A stretch of DNA of 64,000 bases from a bacterium (lineage in GTDB: Bacteria; Zhuqueibacterota; Zhuqueibacteria; Residuimicrobiales; Krinioviventaceae). The notes under the pieces are model-generated. The model ran no database searches. It was not told where the DNA came from and saw only the letters and a program-made list of their open reading frames with translations. How positions within the stretch are numbered: the first letter of the stretch is position 1; the number at the start of each line of letters is the position of its first letter. The translations under genes were made by a program, and so were the position numbers. Shown here in pieces: positions 29,197-38,749 of this stretch. The stretch lies in NCBI GenBank assembly GCA_963675755.2, contig CAXXMD010000003.1, forward strand, positions 2,528,001-2,592,000, read 5' to 3'.

Positions 29197-30776
29197 AACC
29201 GCCCCATTATTTGAGCACAGATGATAATAATTACAAGCGCTATGGGATAAACAGTAGCATAAGCAATTTGCGGAGCATCACAGTCTGTCATGGGATCAAT
29301 TGCAGCCAGGCCGGGGGTACTGGTCATACCGCCGGTTAATGCACCCAGTAAAGTAAGAAAATTGATTTTGAATAAAAATCTTCCAATAAATGTACCTATA
29401 ACCAACGGTACCAGGGTAATTATTGCACCTACAATGAATAAACTTATGCCATATTGTTTATAACTTTCAGTAATATGAGACCCAGCTTCGGTACCTACTG
29501 CGGCCAGGAAAAACAATAGTCCCAATGTTCTCAATAGCTGGTTAGCTGTTCCGGACATTGACCAGACAATGGGGCCGGTTCGACCCAGTTTGCTGAGCAA
29601 TATCGCAACAGTTAAAACACCGCCGGTCAAACCCAGGCTAAAGGATGTGGTCCCATACAGGGGAATACGGAGTTTGCCGATTAGGATACCTAAAACAATT
29701 CCCACCGCTATGGGAAGAAAATCAGTCTCGGAAAGTTTACTGGCATTGTTACCCAGCAGTTTTATAATATTTTTCATGTTTCCCTGATCACTGGCAATCA
29801 TCAGTTTGTCACCCATTCGAAGTTGATTGTTCGGACTGGGGGAAATATCGATACCACTTCGGCGAATTCGTGTAACATTGGCGTTATAATTACGCAGCAG
29901 GTTCAATTCGCCCAGGGATTTTCCTACAACTTTTTTATTTGTGATCAATATCCACTGCACATCATAACCCTTGCCGAGGGGCATTTCATCTTCTGTTTTT
30001 GAACCAATTAAAATTTTAATTCGTTCAAGATCTTTTTCAGAACCAACTGCTTTAATCATATCTCCGGTATAAAGAACTGTTTCCGCTACAGGGGTTATGG
30101 CTTCATCTTTGTGCATCACTCTGGAGATTGTAGCGCCTGTCATGGTTTTTACCTGCATCTCGCGCAAGGTTTTTCCATTTACATTTACATTCTCAACCAA
30201 AAAATTTGCGTTAAAGATTTTTGGGTATTGTGAATAAGCTTCTTTGTTATGATCTAGTACTGCCTGATGAATGTCAACTTTGATGGCTTTGGGAAGCAGT
30301 CTAACGAAAAGAATAACTCCCAGCACACCAAAAGGGTATGCAACACCATATCCGATTGAAGCAATAGGAGAACCTGCGCTTTCAATTGCAGCTGCAAGTC
30401 CTGGTGTACTTGTCAAGGCCCCGGTTAAAAGGCCTACACCAATTTTATAATCAATACCATAAATGTTTACCAGAGCAATTGCTATCAATGTTGCGCTGAT
30501 CATCATGGCAACAACAGTCAGTATGATCTTGAGCCCTTGCTTTTGAAACGACTCGAAAAAACCAGGCCCGGCTTGAATACCAATTGTGAAAATAAATAAC
30601 AAAACACCAATTTTGTTAAAATCCTGGGGGACGATAATACCAAAATAACCCATTACAAGTGCAACAAATATCACCGCAGAGATATCTAGCGATATTCCTT
30701 TAATCTTGATATGACCAAACAAGATTCCAAGGGCTATAATCAAAAAGAGCGCGAAATAACTTTCAGACAACAGCAA
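29193..30776 (-). CDS. AspT/YidE/YbjL antiporter family transporter with two TrkA-C domains
   Basis: Duplicated GALTSTPGLAA / GGMTSTPGLAA and YPFG / YPI; RCK-C segments. Confidence 0.9.
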   Translation of the reverse strand: MLLSESYFALFLIIALGILFGHIKIKGISLDISAVIFVALVMGYFGIIVPQDFNKIGVLLFIFTIGIQAGPGFFESFQKQGLKIILTVVAMMISATLIAIALVNIYGIDYKIGVGLLTGALTSTPGLAAAIESAGSPIASIGYGVAYPFGVLGVILFVRLLPKAIKVDIHQAVLDHNKEAYSQYPKIFNANFLVENVNVNGKTLREMQVKTMTGATISRVMHKDEAITPVAETVLYTGDMIKAVGSEKDLERIKILIGSKTEDEMPLGKGYDVQWILITNKKVVGKSLGELNLLRNYNANVTRIRRSGIDISPSPNNQLRMGDKLMIASDQGNMKNIIKLLGNNASKLSETDFLPIAVGIVLGILIGKLRIPLYGTTSFSLGLTGGVLTVAILLSKLGRTGPIVWSMSGTANQLLRTLGLLFFLAAVGTEAGSHITESYKQYGISLFIVGAIITLVPLVIGTFIGRFLFKINFLTLLGALTGGMTSTPGLAAIDPMTDCDAPQIAYATVYPIALVIIIICAQIMGRL

Positions 30777-30928
30777 AATGAATCTCCAATATTTGAGGGG
30801 ATAATATACAAAAAAGGAAACACAATTTAAATCAAATTTTAGTATTTAGTGTTATTAAGTTTGGTGTGATTTTTTTTTGTTTTTTAATTGAAATATACTA
30901 AGTTAGTTAAAGGAATAGAGGAAAGGTA

Positions 30929-31414
30929 ATGAAAACTTTAAAAGAGATAATTTATATTATTACAATATCAGTTGTGTTGGGTTTGCTGGTAAATATGTTT
31001 CATCCCAGGGCAGCAGCATTATCCTGGGAGCGCCCCTCACCCATAATGAATGAAAACGATGGGATGGAGCTTGGTAATAGTCCTGAAATCATTCCAATTG
31101 AAGCGTTTAAGGATTTGATAGCAAAGGATAATATATTAATCATAGACGCCAGATTACCGGAAGAGTTTAGTGCAGGGCACATTCCCGGGGCAATAAATGT
31201 TTCATTTGATCTGCTAGGGGAGCATATACAAAAAATATTACAAGAATCAAGGGACCGGATCCTTGTAACTTATTGCGACGGCCCTCCTTGTGATAAAAGT
31301 GTTGTGTTGGCAACCGAGCTAAAGAGTTTGGAATTTACTACAGTTTATGTCTATTATGATGGATTGGCAAACTGGCTAGAAAATGGAAATCCATTAAACC
31401 GGGAGCAACAGTGA
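30929..31414 (+). CDS. Membrane-anchored rhodanese-like protein
   Basis: IDAR..EF.AGHIPGA, TYCDGPPC, G...W. Confidence 0.85.
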   Translation: MKTLKEIIYIITISVVLGLLVNMFHPRAAALSWERPSPIMNENDGMELGNSPEIIPIEAFKDLIAKDNILIIDARLPEEFSAGHIPGAINVSFDLLGEHIQKILQESRDRILVTYCDGPPCDKSVVLATELKSLEFTTVYVYYDGLANWLENGNPLNREQQ

Positions 31415-31833
31415 TGAATAAATGGATATTACTGGGAATTCGTCTGGTGTTGGCCGCGGTTTTTATTTATGCGGGCATAGGGAAAATACTGGATCCTGCT
31501 GGCTTTACTGCTGATATTGAAAATTACAGGCTTTTACCCTATTTTCTTTCTGCTTTGACTGCTGTGGTATTACCCTGGATTGAGGTGATTTGTGGAATCT
31601 TGCTGATAACCGGAAAATGGATCAGCGGCGCATCTTTGATCATTATAATATTGAATATTGTTTTTATTTTTGCCATAACAAGTGCTATTTTGAGGGGATT
31701 AGATATAAATTGTGGATGTTTTTCTTTGAGTAAAGAAGGTTCAAGCGTTTCTATAATTCGTATTGCAGAAGATATTTTGTTTTTAGGATTTGCTATGGCG
31801 ATTTTCTTTTCTAATCGGAAATCGAATCTGTAG
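31411..31833 (+). CDS. MauE/DoxX family redox-associated membrane protein
   Basis: R..LA.VF.YAG.GK, LPW.E, RGLDINCGCF. Confidence 0.88.
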   Translation: MMNKWILLGIRLVLAAVFIYAGIGKILDPAGFTADIENYRLLPYFLSALTAVVLPWIEVICGILLITGKWISGASLIIIILNIVFIFAITSAILRGLDINCGCFSLSKEGSSVSIIRIAEDILFLGFAMAIFFSNRKSNL

Positions 31834-31947
31834 AATTTATCAAGAATTTTGAATTTTTGTCTGTTTATCCTTGTTTATCAATAAAATTTTCATTATTACT
31901 TTATATTATCAATTAGTAAATGTTTTATTTTTGTAGTAAAATTAAAT

Positions 31948-34596
31948 TTGAATGATTTAAATAAAAAAATCAACCTTGTTAACAACACAAATGATATTGT
32001 TCAGCTTTTTGAGCGTTATTTGATTTGGTTGCTACCTGTATTTATTTTGGAATTTATTTCCAGTTCAAGTGGATTGTTCTCTCAAGATTTTCATCCCTTT
32101 TATATCATTAAATCTATTGTTTTATGTATTGCTTTAATATCAATCTTTATCAGAACTGTTGTAGGGCAGAATGTTCGATTTATTATCTATGTTGCAATAA
32201 TGTACATATTGGCATTTTCCCAATTATTACAATGGGGTCCAATCAGTTCAGCAAGTTTGTATTTTGTTGCTGCATTGATTTTTGCTTATGCAGGGGGTGA
32301 AAAACATCGTTTTTATCTGATACCTGCCAGTCTGATTTTGTTTTTAATCGTTTCCATCCTAATTCTTGTTAATAGTTTTCCTGTGTTTATGATTGATGAG
32401 AATCAAACGCTGTTGTCAATACTATCATTTTATGCTTCATTTGGTTTGATGATATATATAACTGTGATACTACAAGGTACCGGAAAAAGTGAAATGCTTG
32501 CCAGTAGCGAAAATGGTCTTGATTACAAAAACTTGTTTGAAAACTCGATTTTGGGTATCTATAGATCTACGCCAGAGGGGGAGATTCAATACGCTAATCC
32601 TTCTTTGTTAAAAATGCTTGGATATGATTCTCTAAATGAACTGCAAAATCGAAACCTTGAGCAGGATGGGTATCTTGAAAGTGATTCCCGTACAAAATTT
32701 AAAGAACAAATTGAACAAAAGGGACGGATAATAGGATTTGAATCCGCATGGAAAAAATATGATAATTCATTTATTTTTATTCGTGAAAATGCAATCTGTG
32801 TTCGATCAAAAAATAAAGTACTTTATTATGAAGGTACAGTAGAAGATATTACAGAACGTAAAGTTACAGAAGAGCGATTGCGTCTTTTTCAAAGTGCCTT
32901 GGCGGCTTCTTCAGATGCTGTTGGCATGTCTACCCCAAAAGGGGTACACTGGTTCCAAAATAAAACATTTGACGAACTGTTTGGTGATATTGGAAGTGAT
33001 CCTCCAGCTACTTTGTATGTAGATCCTCTGGTTGGGAAAAAAGTGTTTGAAACGATCAAAGGTGGAGAGCAGTGGATTGGCGAAGTAGAAATGTATGGTA
33101 AAGAAGGTAGTATTTTGCAAATACTGCTGCGAGCGTATCCATTCAAAGATAAACAGGGGAACATTTCGGGCCTGGTTGGTCTGCATACTGATATAACCAG
33201 TTGGAAAAAAGCAGAAATTGCTTTGCGTGAAAGTGAGAAAAAATATTCTACAGTAGTTGAAAACAGTAATGATGCAATATTGATCCACCGGAATGGTAAA
33301 ATTCTTTATGCAAATGCCGCCACATTCAAGTATACCGGTTATACATATCATGAGTTGGTGGGGAAAAATATGTTCGAGTTTTTACATCCTGAGGATATAA
33401 ATACTATCAGTGTGCGGATGAATGATAGAATTGCCGGGGTGGATTTAAAGAGCTCGATTGAAGTATCTATTAAATTGAAAAATGGTGAATTCCTGCCGGT
33501 AGATCTGAATGCAACTAAAATTGAATACCTGGGAGAACCTTCCATTGTTGTATTTCTGCGAGATATTCAGGATAGAAAAGTTGCGGATGAGAAATTAAGA
33601 CAATACAAGCGAGCTATTGAAGGTGTTAAAGATCTTATTGCTGCTGTTGATAAGGATTACAAGGTTATTTTTGCCAACAAGATGTATTTAGAAAGACATC
33701 AATTGCAAAATGAGCAGATTATAGGGTACCATTTTGCAGAGATTGTTGGTGATAAAGTTTTTACTAATGTATTAAAACAAAAGATTGATCAATGTTTACG
33801 TGGAGAAATTGTATTTTTTGAGGTGCCATTTACCTACCCTGAAATTGGTGAAAGGCAACTTGAAGTTTGGTATTATCCATTAAAAAATGAAAAAAATGAT
33901 ATTGAAGGTGTAATTGGAATTGTTAAAGATATTACTGATAGAAAAAAAGCTGAAGATCAAATAAAAAAGAATTTACAGGAAAAAGAAGTGATGTTGAAAG
34001 AAATACATCACCGGGTAAAGAATAATCTTCAGATCATGAACAGTCTGATTTATCTCCAATCTCGTCATAACAGCAAAATGACTTTTAACGAGTATGCGAA
34101 AGAACTATCTGGCCGGATTCAATCGATGGCGTATATTCATGAACAATTGTACAAAACTGAAAATATGGCGAGTATTTATATGCCAACATATATTGAAAGT
34201 CTTGTAGGCTCTATTATGAACAATTATTCATGTAATAATATTATGATTACCAAAGATATTGATGATATATATTTGGATATAGATCGCTCTGTTCCAGCGG
34301 GACTGATTTTTAATGAATTGATGACCAATATAATAAAACATGCATTCCCAGAGGAAAAAGGGGGGCTGGTCAATATTTCTTTAAAGATAAAAGATGATTT
34401 TTATGTGCTTATATTTAAGGATAATGGTGTGGGTCTGCCCGATTCAATTGATATTAACGAGCCTTCAACTCTGGGGCTAAAGCTGGTTTCAATTCTGGTA
34501 AAACAATTAGATGGAATATTTGAAATAGAAAACCGTAACGGTTTGACCGTTACGGTTAAAGTTCCTGCAAGTGAGAATGACACTCCTCACGATTAA
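31948..34596 (+). CDS. Membrane-bound multi-PAS sensor histidine kinase (HisKA_2/HWE type)
   Basis: N-terminal TMs, four PAS repeats, KEIHHRVKNNLQ, ELMTN..KHAF, DNGVG, LGL.LV. Confidence 0.92.
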   Translation: MNDLNKKINLVNNTNDIVQLFERYLIWLLPVFILEFISSSSGLFSQDFHPFYIIKSIVLCIALISIFIRTVVGQNVRFIIYVAIMYILAFSQLLQWGPISSASLYFVAALIFAYAGGEKHRFYLIPASLILFLIVSILILVNSFPVFMIDENQTLLSILSFYASFGLMIYITVILQGTGKSEMLASSENGLDYKNLFENSILGIYRSTPEGEIQYANPSLLKMLGYDSLNELQNRNLEQDGYLESDSRTKFKEQIEQKGRIIGFESAWKKYDNSFIFIRENAICVRSKNKVLYYEGTVEDITERKVTEERLRLFQSALAASSDAVGMSTPKGVHWFQNKTFDELFGDIGSDPPATLYVDPLVGKKVFETIKGGEQWIGEVEMYGKEGSILQILLRAYPFKDKQGNISGLVGLHTDITSWKKAEIALRESEKKYSTVVENSNDAILIHRNGKILYANAATFKYTGYTYHELVGKNMFEFLHPEDINTISVRMNDRIAGVDLKSSIEVSIKLKNGEFLPVDLNATKIEYLGEPSIVVFLRDIQDRKVADEKLRQYKRAIEGVKDLIAAVDKDYKVIFANKMYLERHQLQNEQIIGYHFAEIVGDKVFTNVLKQKIDQCLRGEIVFFEVPFTYPEIGERQLEVWYYPLKNEKNDIEGVIGIVKDITDRKKAEDQIKKNLQEKEVMLKEIHHRVKNNLQIMNSLIYLQSRHNSKMTFNEYAKELSGRIQSMAYIHEQLYKTENMASIYMPTYIESLVGSIMNNYSCNNIMITKDIDDIYLDIDRSVPAGLIFNELMTNIIKHAFPEEKGGLVNISLKIKDDFYVLIFKDNGVGLPDSIDINEPSTLGLKLVSILVKQLDGIFEIENRNGLTVTVKVPASENDTPHD

Positions 34597-34606
34597 ATTT
34601 TGGGGA

Positions 34607-35515
34607 TTAAAAATTATCTGCGTCTATATAAGCTTGTAAAAGTGCTTTTTCACCTTCAATGCCTTTTTTAGACAATCCGTGTTCCATTCCCATAATATAA
34701 GATGCGTCTTTTTCATAAATGTGTTTGAAAATGTTGCGATAGTTGATCTCTCCGGTCCCGGGTTCTTTGCGTCCGGGATTGTCACCCATTTGAAAATATC
34801 CTATTTCGCTCCAGGCCATATCCATATTGGGAATCAGGTTGCCTTCAGTAACCTGCTGGTGGTAGAGATCGTCTAGAATTTTACAAGAAGGGCTGCCAAC
34901 AGCCTGGCAGATCATATATGCCTGTGGAATTTTTGTAAGAAACAGACCCGGGTGATTGGTCCAGTGATTTAAAGGTTCTAATACCATAACCAGCCCAGAG
35001 GGTTCACAAATTTCTGCAGCGCGTTTTAAATTATCAATAACATTGGCGGTTTGATAATCCCATTCCAATCCTTTATCATAACAGCCGGGTACAACAGTGG
35101 TAAATTTTGCATTTACGCGTTTGGCTACCTCTACAGCGGCTTTAATATCTTTGAGGATCTGTTCGCGAATTTCTTTGTCGTTACTGGCAAAGTTAACATT
35201 TTTAAAATCAGCAGTTGCAACAAATACACCCATTTCCAGGCCCAAACGGTCCATTTCTTTTGCGATTTTTTCCTGGGTTGCAATATCACGGCCTTTCATT
35301 CCGTTATCTTCAAATGCTCTGAATCCTGCGTCGGCAATGAATTTCAGTTGATCAATAAAGTCTTCACCCGCATGGTGTTTAAACATGCCAAAATGTGGTG
35401 CATATTTTAATTTAAAATTTTGTTTTTCTACTGCAGCGGAAGCGTTTTTATAGCTTGTTGCAGCAACACCTGCTGCGGCAATACCCGTGGTTGCCAAAAA
35501 TTCACGACGATTCAT
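34607..35515 (-). CDS. Hydroxypyruvate isomerase / sugar phosphate isomerase TIM-barrel protein with Tat signal
   Basis: RREFL; LEPLN, DLYHQQ..EGN, DNPGRKEPGTGEINY. Confidence 0.88.
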   Translation of the reverse strand: MNRREFLATTGIAAAGVAATSYKNASAAVEKQNFKLKYAPHFGMFKHHAGEDFIDQLKFIADAGFRAFEDNGMKGRDIATQEKIAKEMDRLGLEMGVFVATADFKNVNFASNDKEIREQILKDIKAAVEVAKRVNAKFTTVVPGCYDKGLEWDYQTANVIDNLKRAAEICEPSGLVMVLEPLNHWTNHPGLFLTKIPQAYMICQAVGSPSCKILDDLYHQQVTEGNLIPNMDMAWSEIGYFQMGDNPGRKEPGTGEINYRNIFKHIYEKDASYIMGMEHGLSKKGIEGEKALLQAYIDADNF

Positions 35516-35656
35516 TGTACCTCCGAATTGTAAAATAATCGATTAATTCTTTTTTTATTCTATGGCTTTTTGGTTAAAGAATCAAGAAAAAAAAGTTATT
35601 GTTTAGAGCTAAACTACAGCATTTACAGTAATTGGGCTTTAAACCTGCTTTTTGTA

Positions 35657-35702
35657 TTGACATTCAATTCAAGAATAATTATAATCAATTAGGAATGATT
35701 AT
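35657..35702 (+). promoter_or_regulatory. Consensus sigma70 promoter with overlapping Fur/PerR-like inverted repeat
   Basis: TTGACA(35657)-N17-TATAAT(35680); ATAATCA-N8-TGATTAT at 35681-35702. Confidence 0.75.
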
Positions 35703-35714
35703 TAGTTAAGCAGT

Positions 35715-36129
35715 ATGGAAGCAAAAAACAACCGTTCTCTTTACAGACAAAGCAAACAGCGCGACAGGATTTTAGAACTTTTGCGTTCTACCAAAACCCA
35801 TCCTACAGCCGACTGGATTTACGAAAATCTAAAAAAAAGAATTTCCCAATCTCAGCTTGGGAACCGTATATCGTAACCTTTCTATTTTAGCAGAGCAGGG
35901 CTTTGTTAAAAAGATTCAGTATGGAAGTACATTTGACAGATTTGAGGCCAATATTGCATTACATTACCATTTGATTTGTGATAAATGCGGCAATATTTCT
36001 GATTTTGAAATGCCTGTTGAGCAGGGTTTGAATGAAAAAGCAAACCAGTTTACTGAATTTCAGGTAAAACGACATAAATTGGAATTTTACGGATTATGTG
36101 AATCTTGCAAGGAGCTGGAAATAGACTGA
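35715..36129 (+). pseudogene. perR: Fur/PerR family regulator interrupted by a frameshift in an A8 run
   Basis: Frame from ATG 35715 gives SKQRDRIL..HPTADWIYENLKK; removing one A at 35831-35838 continues as EFPNLSLGTVYRNL..HYHLICDKC..CESC. Confidence 0.85.
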
Positions 36130-36288
36130 GTGAACGGGAGCCAGGGGCCAGACAGTTAATATTAATGCTTTGATAAAATAATATCTTTTTTGTACATTAC
36201 AATGTGCATAATATTGTTATGCACCCTGTTTTTTTATTCTCTCAAATTATTACATAAATCATCACTGAAATTCTTGGAGGAATTTGTA

Positions 36289-36783
36289 ATGCATGAAAAA
36301 AGTATAGAGCTGTTAAACAAGGCTGTTGCGGATGAAATGACTGCAGTTCATCAATATATGTACTTTCATTTTCATTGTGACGATCAAGGCTTTGATTTGC
36401 TGGCAAATCTGTTTAAACGTACCGCAATAAGTGAAATGATGCATGTAGAACAATTGGCCGAGCGTATTTTGTTTTTAAAAGGTGAAGTTGAATTACATGC
36501 TTCAAAAGATGTTGAAAAAATTCATGATGTTAAAGATATGTTGAAAACCGCATGCGGTATGGAAGAAGCGTCTGTTAAGGATTATAACATGTGGGCGAAT
36601 GAATGTGCACAAAATGCAGATTCTGTATCTAAAAAACTTTTTGAAGCACTTGTAGCGGATGAAGAAGGCCACTTTGATCAGTTTGATACTGAACTTGAAA
36701 ATATTGAAAAATTTGGCGTTCAATATCTGGCACTGCAATCCATTGAAAGAAGTAAAGCAATGGGAGCCGGAGGCGCAGCTTAA
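36289..36783 (+). CDS. bfr: Bacterioferritin
   Basis: LLN....DE.TA..QY..H, EMMH, ERILFL.G, E, DEE.H ferroxidase ligands; SD GGAGG. Confidence 0.9.
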   Translation: MHEKSIELLNKAVADEMTAVHQYMYFHFHCDDQGFDLLANLFKRTAISEMMHVEQLAERILFLKGEVELHASKDVEKIHDVKDMLKTACGMEEASVKDYNMWANECAQNADSVSKKLFEALVADEEGHFDQFDTELENIEKFGVQYLALQSIERSKAMGAGGAA

Positions 36784-36819
36784 AAAATAATTTTATTCTT
36801 GAATATTTTTTTTTAAATT

Positions 36820-36849
36820 AAGGTCTGTTGTAAAAACAGACCTTTTTTT
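36820..36849 (+). terminator. Rho-independent terminator
   Basis: AAGGTCTGTT / AACAGACCTT plus T-run. Confidence 0.85.
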
Positions 36850-36974
36850 ATTGGCCGTAATTAGGGGCTATATCGGCTCTTTAGTTAACAACCCCACCCT
36901 AAATTATCCTTCATCAGATATTATCATATATATATGTTGGTAATGTAGATGTATATTTCTAGAAAGTCATTATT

Positions 36975-38699
36975 ATGGTTCAGGAACGATTTGAACCCAA
37001 ATTGATCACTGTTATCAAAGAGGGCTATTCCCGGTCGAAATTTTTGAATGACCTGGTAGCAGGAACAATAGTTGGTATTGTTGCGCTTCCGTTGGCACTT
37101 GCATTTGCTATTGCTTCAGGAGTCAAGCCAGAGCAAGGGCTTTATACTGCAATTATTGCCGGATTTTTGATTTCGTTTTTTAGTGGAAGTCGTGTACAAA
37201 TTGGCGGCCCTACAGGTGCATTTATTGTCATTGTATACAACATTGTACAGAATTATGGTTATAGTGGTTTGGCCACGGCTACACTCATTGCCGGAATTTT
37301 ACTCGTCATTATGGGCTTTTTACGTCTAGGCACAATTATAAAGTATATTCCGTATCCTGTAACTGTGGGGTTTACTTTTGGTATTGCAATTATTATTTTT
37401 GCAGGACAAATGCGTGATCTGCTGGGATTGGATATGACATCCGTACCTGCTGAATTTGTAGAAAAGTGGATTGCTTATGCAGACCATATACATTCATTTA
37501 ATCCTTACGCATTTGCTGTTGGGCTTTTATCTATTTTGATTGTAATATTCTGGCCCAGGGTTACCCATAGAATTCCCGGTTCTTTAATTGCTATTTTGTT
37601 TACTACGGCTATTGTGCAGGTGTTTCATATACCCGTAGAAACCATATACAGCCGTTTCGGGAATGTTTCCGGTAAATTTACTGCAATTCAAATCCCGCAA
37701 TTGGATTTACATCAAATAAGAAACGTGTTTTCACCAGCGGTGTCAATTGCTTTACTGGCGGGTATAGAGTCATTACTGTCTGCTGTAGTTGCGGATGGTA
37801 TGACAGGCCGAAAACACCGTTCTAATATGGAGCTTGTGGCACAAGGGATAGCCAATATTGTTTCTCCGTTATTCGGAGGAATTCCGGCAACAGGTGCAAT
37901 TGCCCGAACAGCTACCAATATTAAAAATGGGGGCAAAACCCCAATCGCAGGAATTGTGCACGCTGTTGTTTTGCTGTTAATCATGCTATTTCTGGGTAAA
38001 TGGGCAGCTTTGATACCCATGGCAACTCTGGCTGGAATTTTAATTATTGTTGCATACAATATGAGCGAGTGGCATTTGTTTATTAAATTGTTCAAAAGCC
38101 CCAAAAGTGATGTGCTGGTATTGTTGATTACCTTTTTTCTTACCGTTTTTGTTGATTTGATAGTTGCTATTCAGGCCGGAGTTGTGTTGGCTGCGTTATT
38201 GTTTATGAGAAGAATGACCATGGTCACACAGGCTGGCTATATAAATGGTATCGTTCAGGATGAAGAAGAACAGGAAGATCTAAACAGTCTTTCTCGGAGA
38301 ATAATACCGGATAACGTTGAAGTATTTGAGGTAAATGGTCCCTTTTTCTTTGGTGCTGCAGACAAGTTCAAGAGCGCGCTGTGCCAGGTACAGAAAAAAC
38401 CGGATGTTTTGATTCTAAGAATGCGCAAGGTGCTATCCGTTGACGCTACAGGATTGCGTGCCCTGGAAGAGGTCGTTAATAAAACTCGTCAGGAAGGGGC
38501 AGTGCTTATTTTGTCAGGTGTGCACGCGCAACCGCTGGTTGCCATGGAGCGTTCCGGACTGTTGGAAAAGATAGATAGTGATAATTTGTTTGGAAATATT
38601 GATGACGCTTTAAACAGGGCCAGGATTTTAATGGGCCTTCCTGTTGTGGAACCACCACAACCCTTTATTCCGGTTGTCAAACGAGAAATGAATAAATAA
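36975..38699 (+). CDS. sulP: SulP family inorganic anion transporter with STAS domain
   Basis: DLVAG..VG.VALPL..AFAIASG..P, GPTGA, ESLLSA, GPFFFG, DATG. Confidence 0.95.
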   Translation: MVQERFEPKLITVIKEGYSRSKFLNDLVAGTIVGIVALPLALAFAIASGVKPEQGLYTAIIAGFLISFFSGSRVQIGGPTGAFIVIVYNIVQNYGYSGLATATLIAGILLVIMGFLRLGTIIKYIPYPVTVGFTFGIAIIIFAGQMRDLLGLDMTSVPAEFVEKWIAYADHIHSFNPYAFAVGLLSILIVIFWPRVTHRIPGSLIAILFTTAIVQVFHIPVETIYSRFGNVSGKFTAIQIPQLDLHQIRNVFSPAVSIALLAGIESLLSAVVADGMTGRKHRSNMELVAQGIANIVSPLFGGIPATGAIARTATNIKNGGKTPIAGIVHAVVLLLIMLFLGKWAALIPMATLAGILIIVAYNMSEWHLFIKLFKSPKSDVLVLLITFFLTVFVDLIVAIQAGVVLAALLFMRRMTMVTQAGYINGIVQDEEEQEDLNSLSRRIIPDNVEVFEVNGPFFFGAADKFKSALCQVQKKPDVLILRMRKVLSVDATGLRALEEVVNKTRQEGAVLILSGVHAQPLVAMERSGLLEKIDSDNLFGNIDDALNRARILMGLPVVEPPQPFIPVVKREMNK

Positions 38700-38705
38700 G
38701 AGTAT

Positions 38706-38747
38706 AAAACACCGGCAGCCCTCCTGCTTGCTGCCGGTGCTTTTTTT
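38706..38747. terminator. Bidirectional terminator
   Basis: CACCGGCAGC / TTGCTGCCGGTG flanked by A and T runs. Confidence 0.8.
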
Positions 38748-38749
38748 GC

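Noticed and set aside
35831-35839. A-AAA-AAG programmed -1 frameshift site in perR
   Set aside because: Restoring the protein needs a +1 shift, not -1
36190-36288. Hydrophobic N-terminal extension of bacterioferritin in the ORF track
   Set aside because: GGAGG precedes ATG 36289, which matches the normal Bfr start
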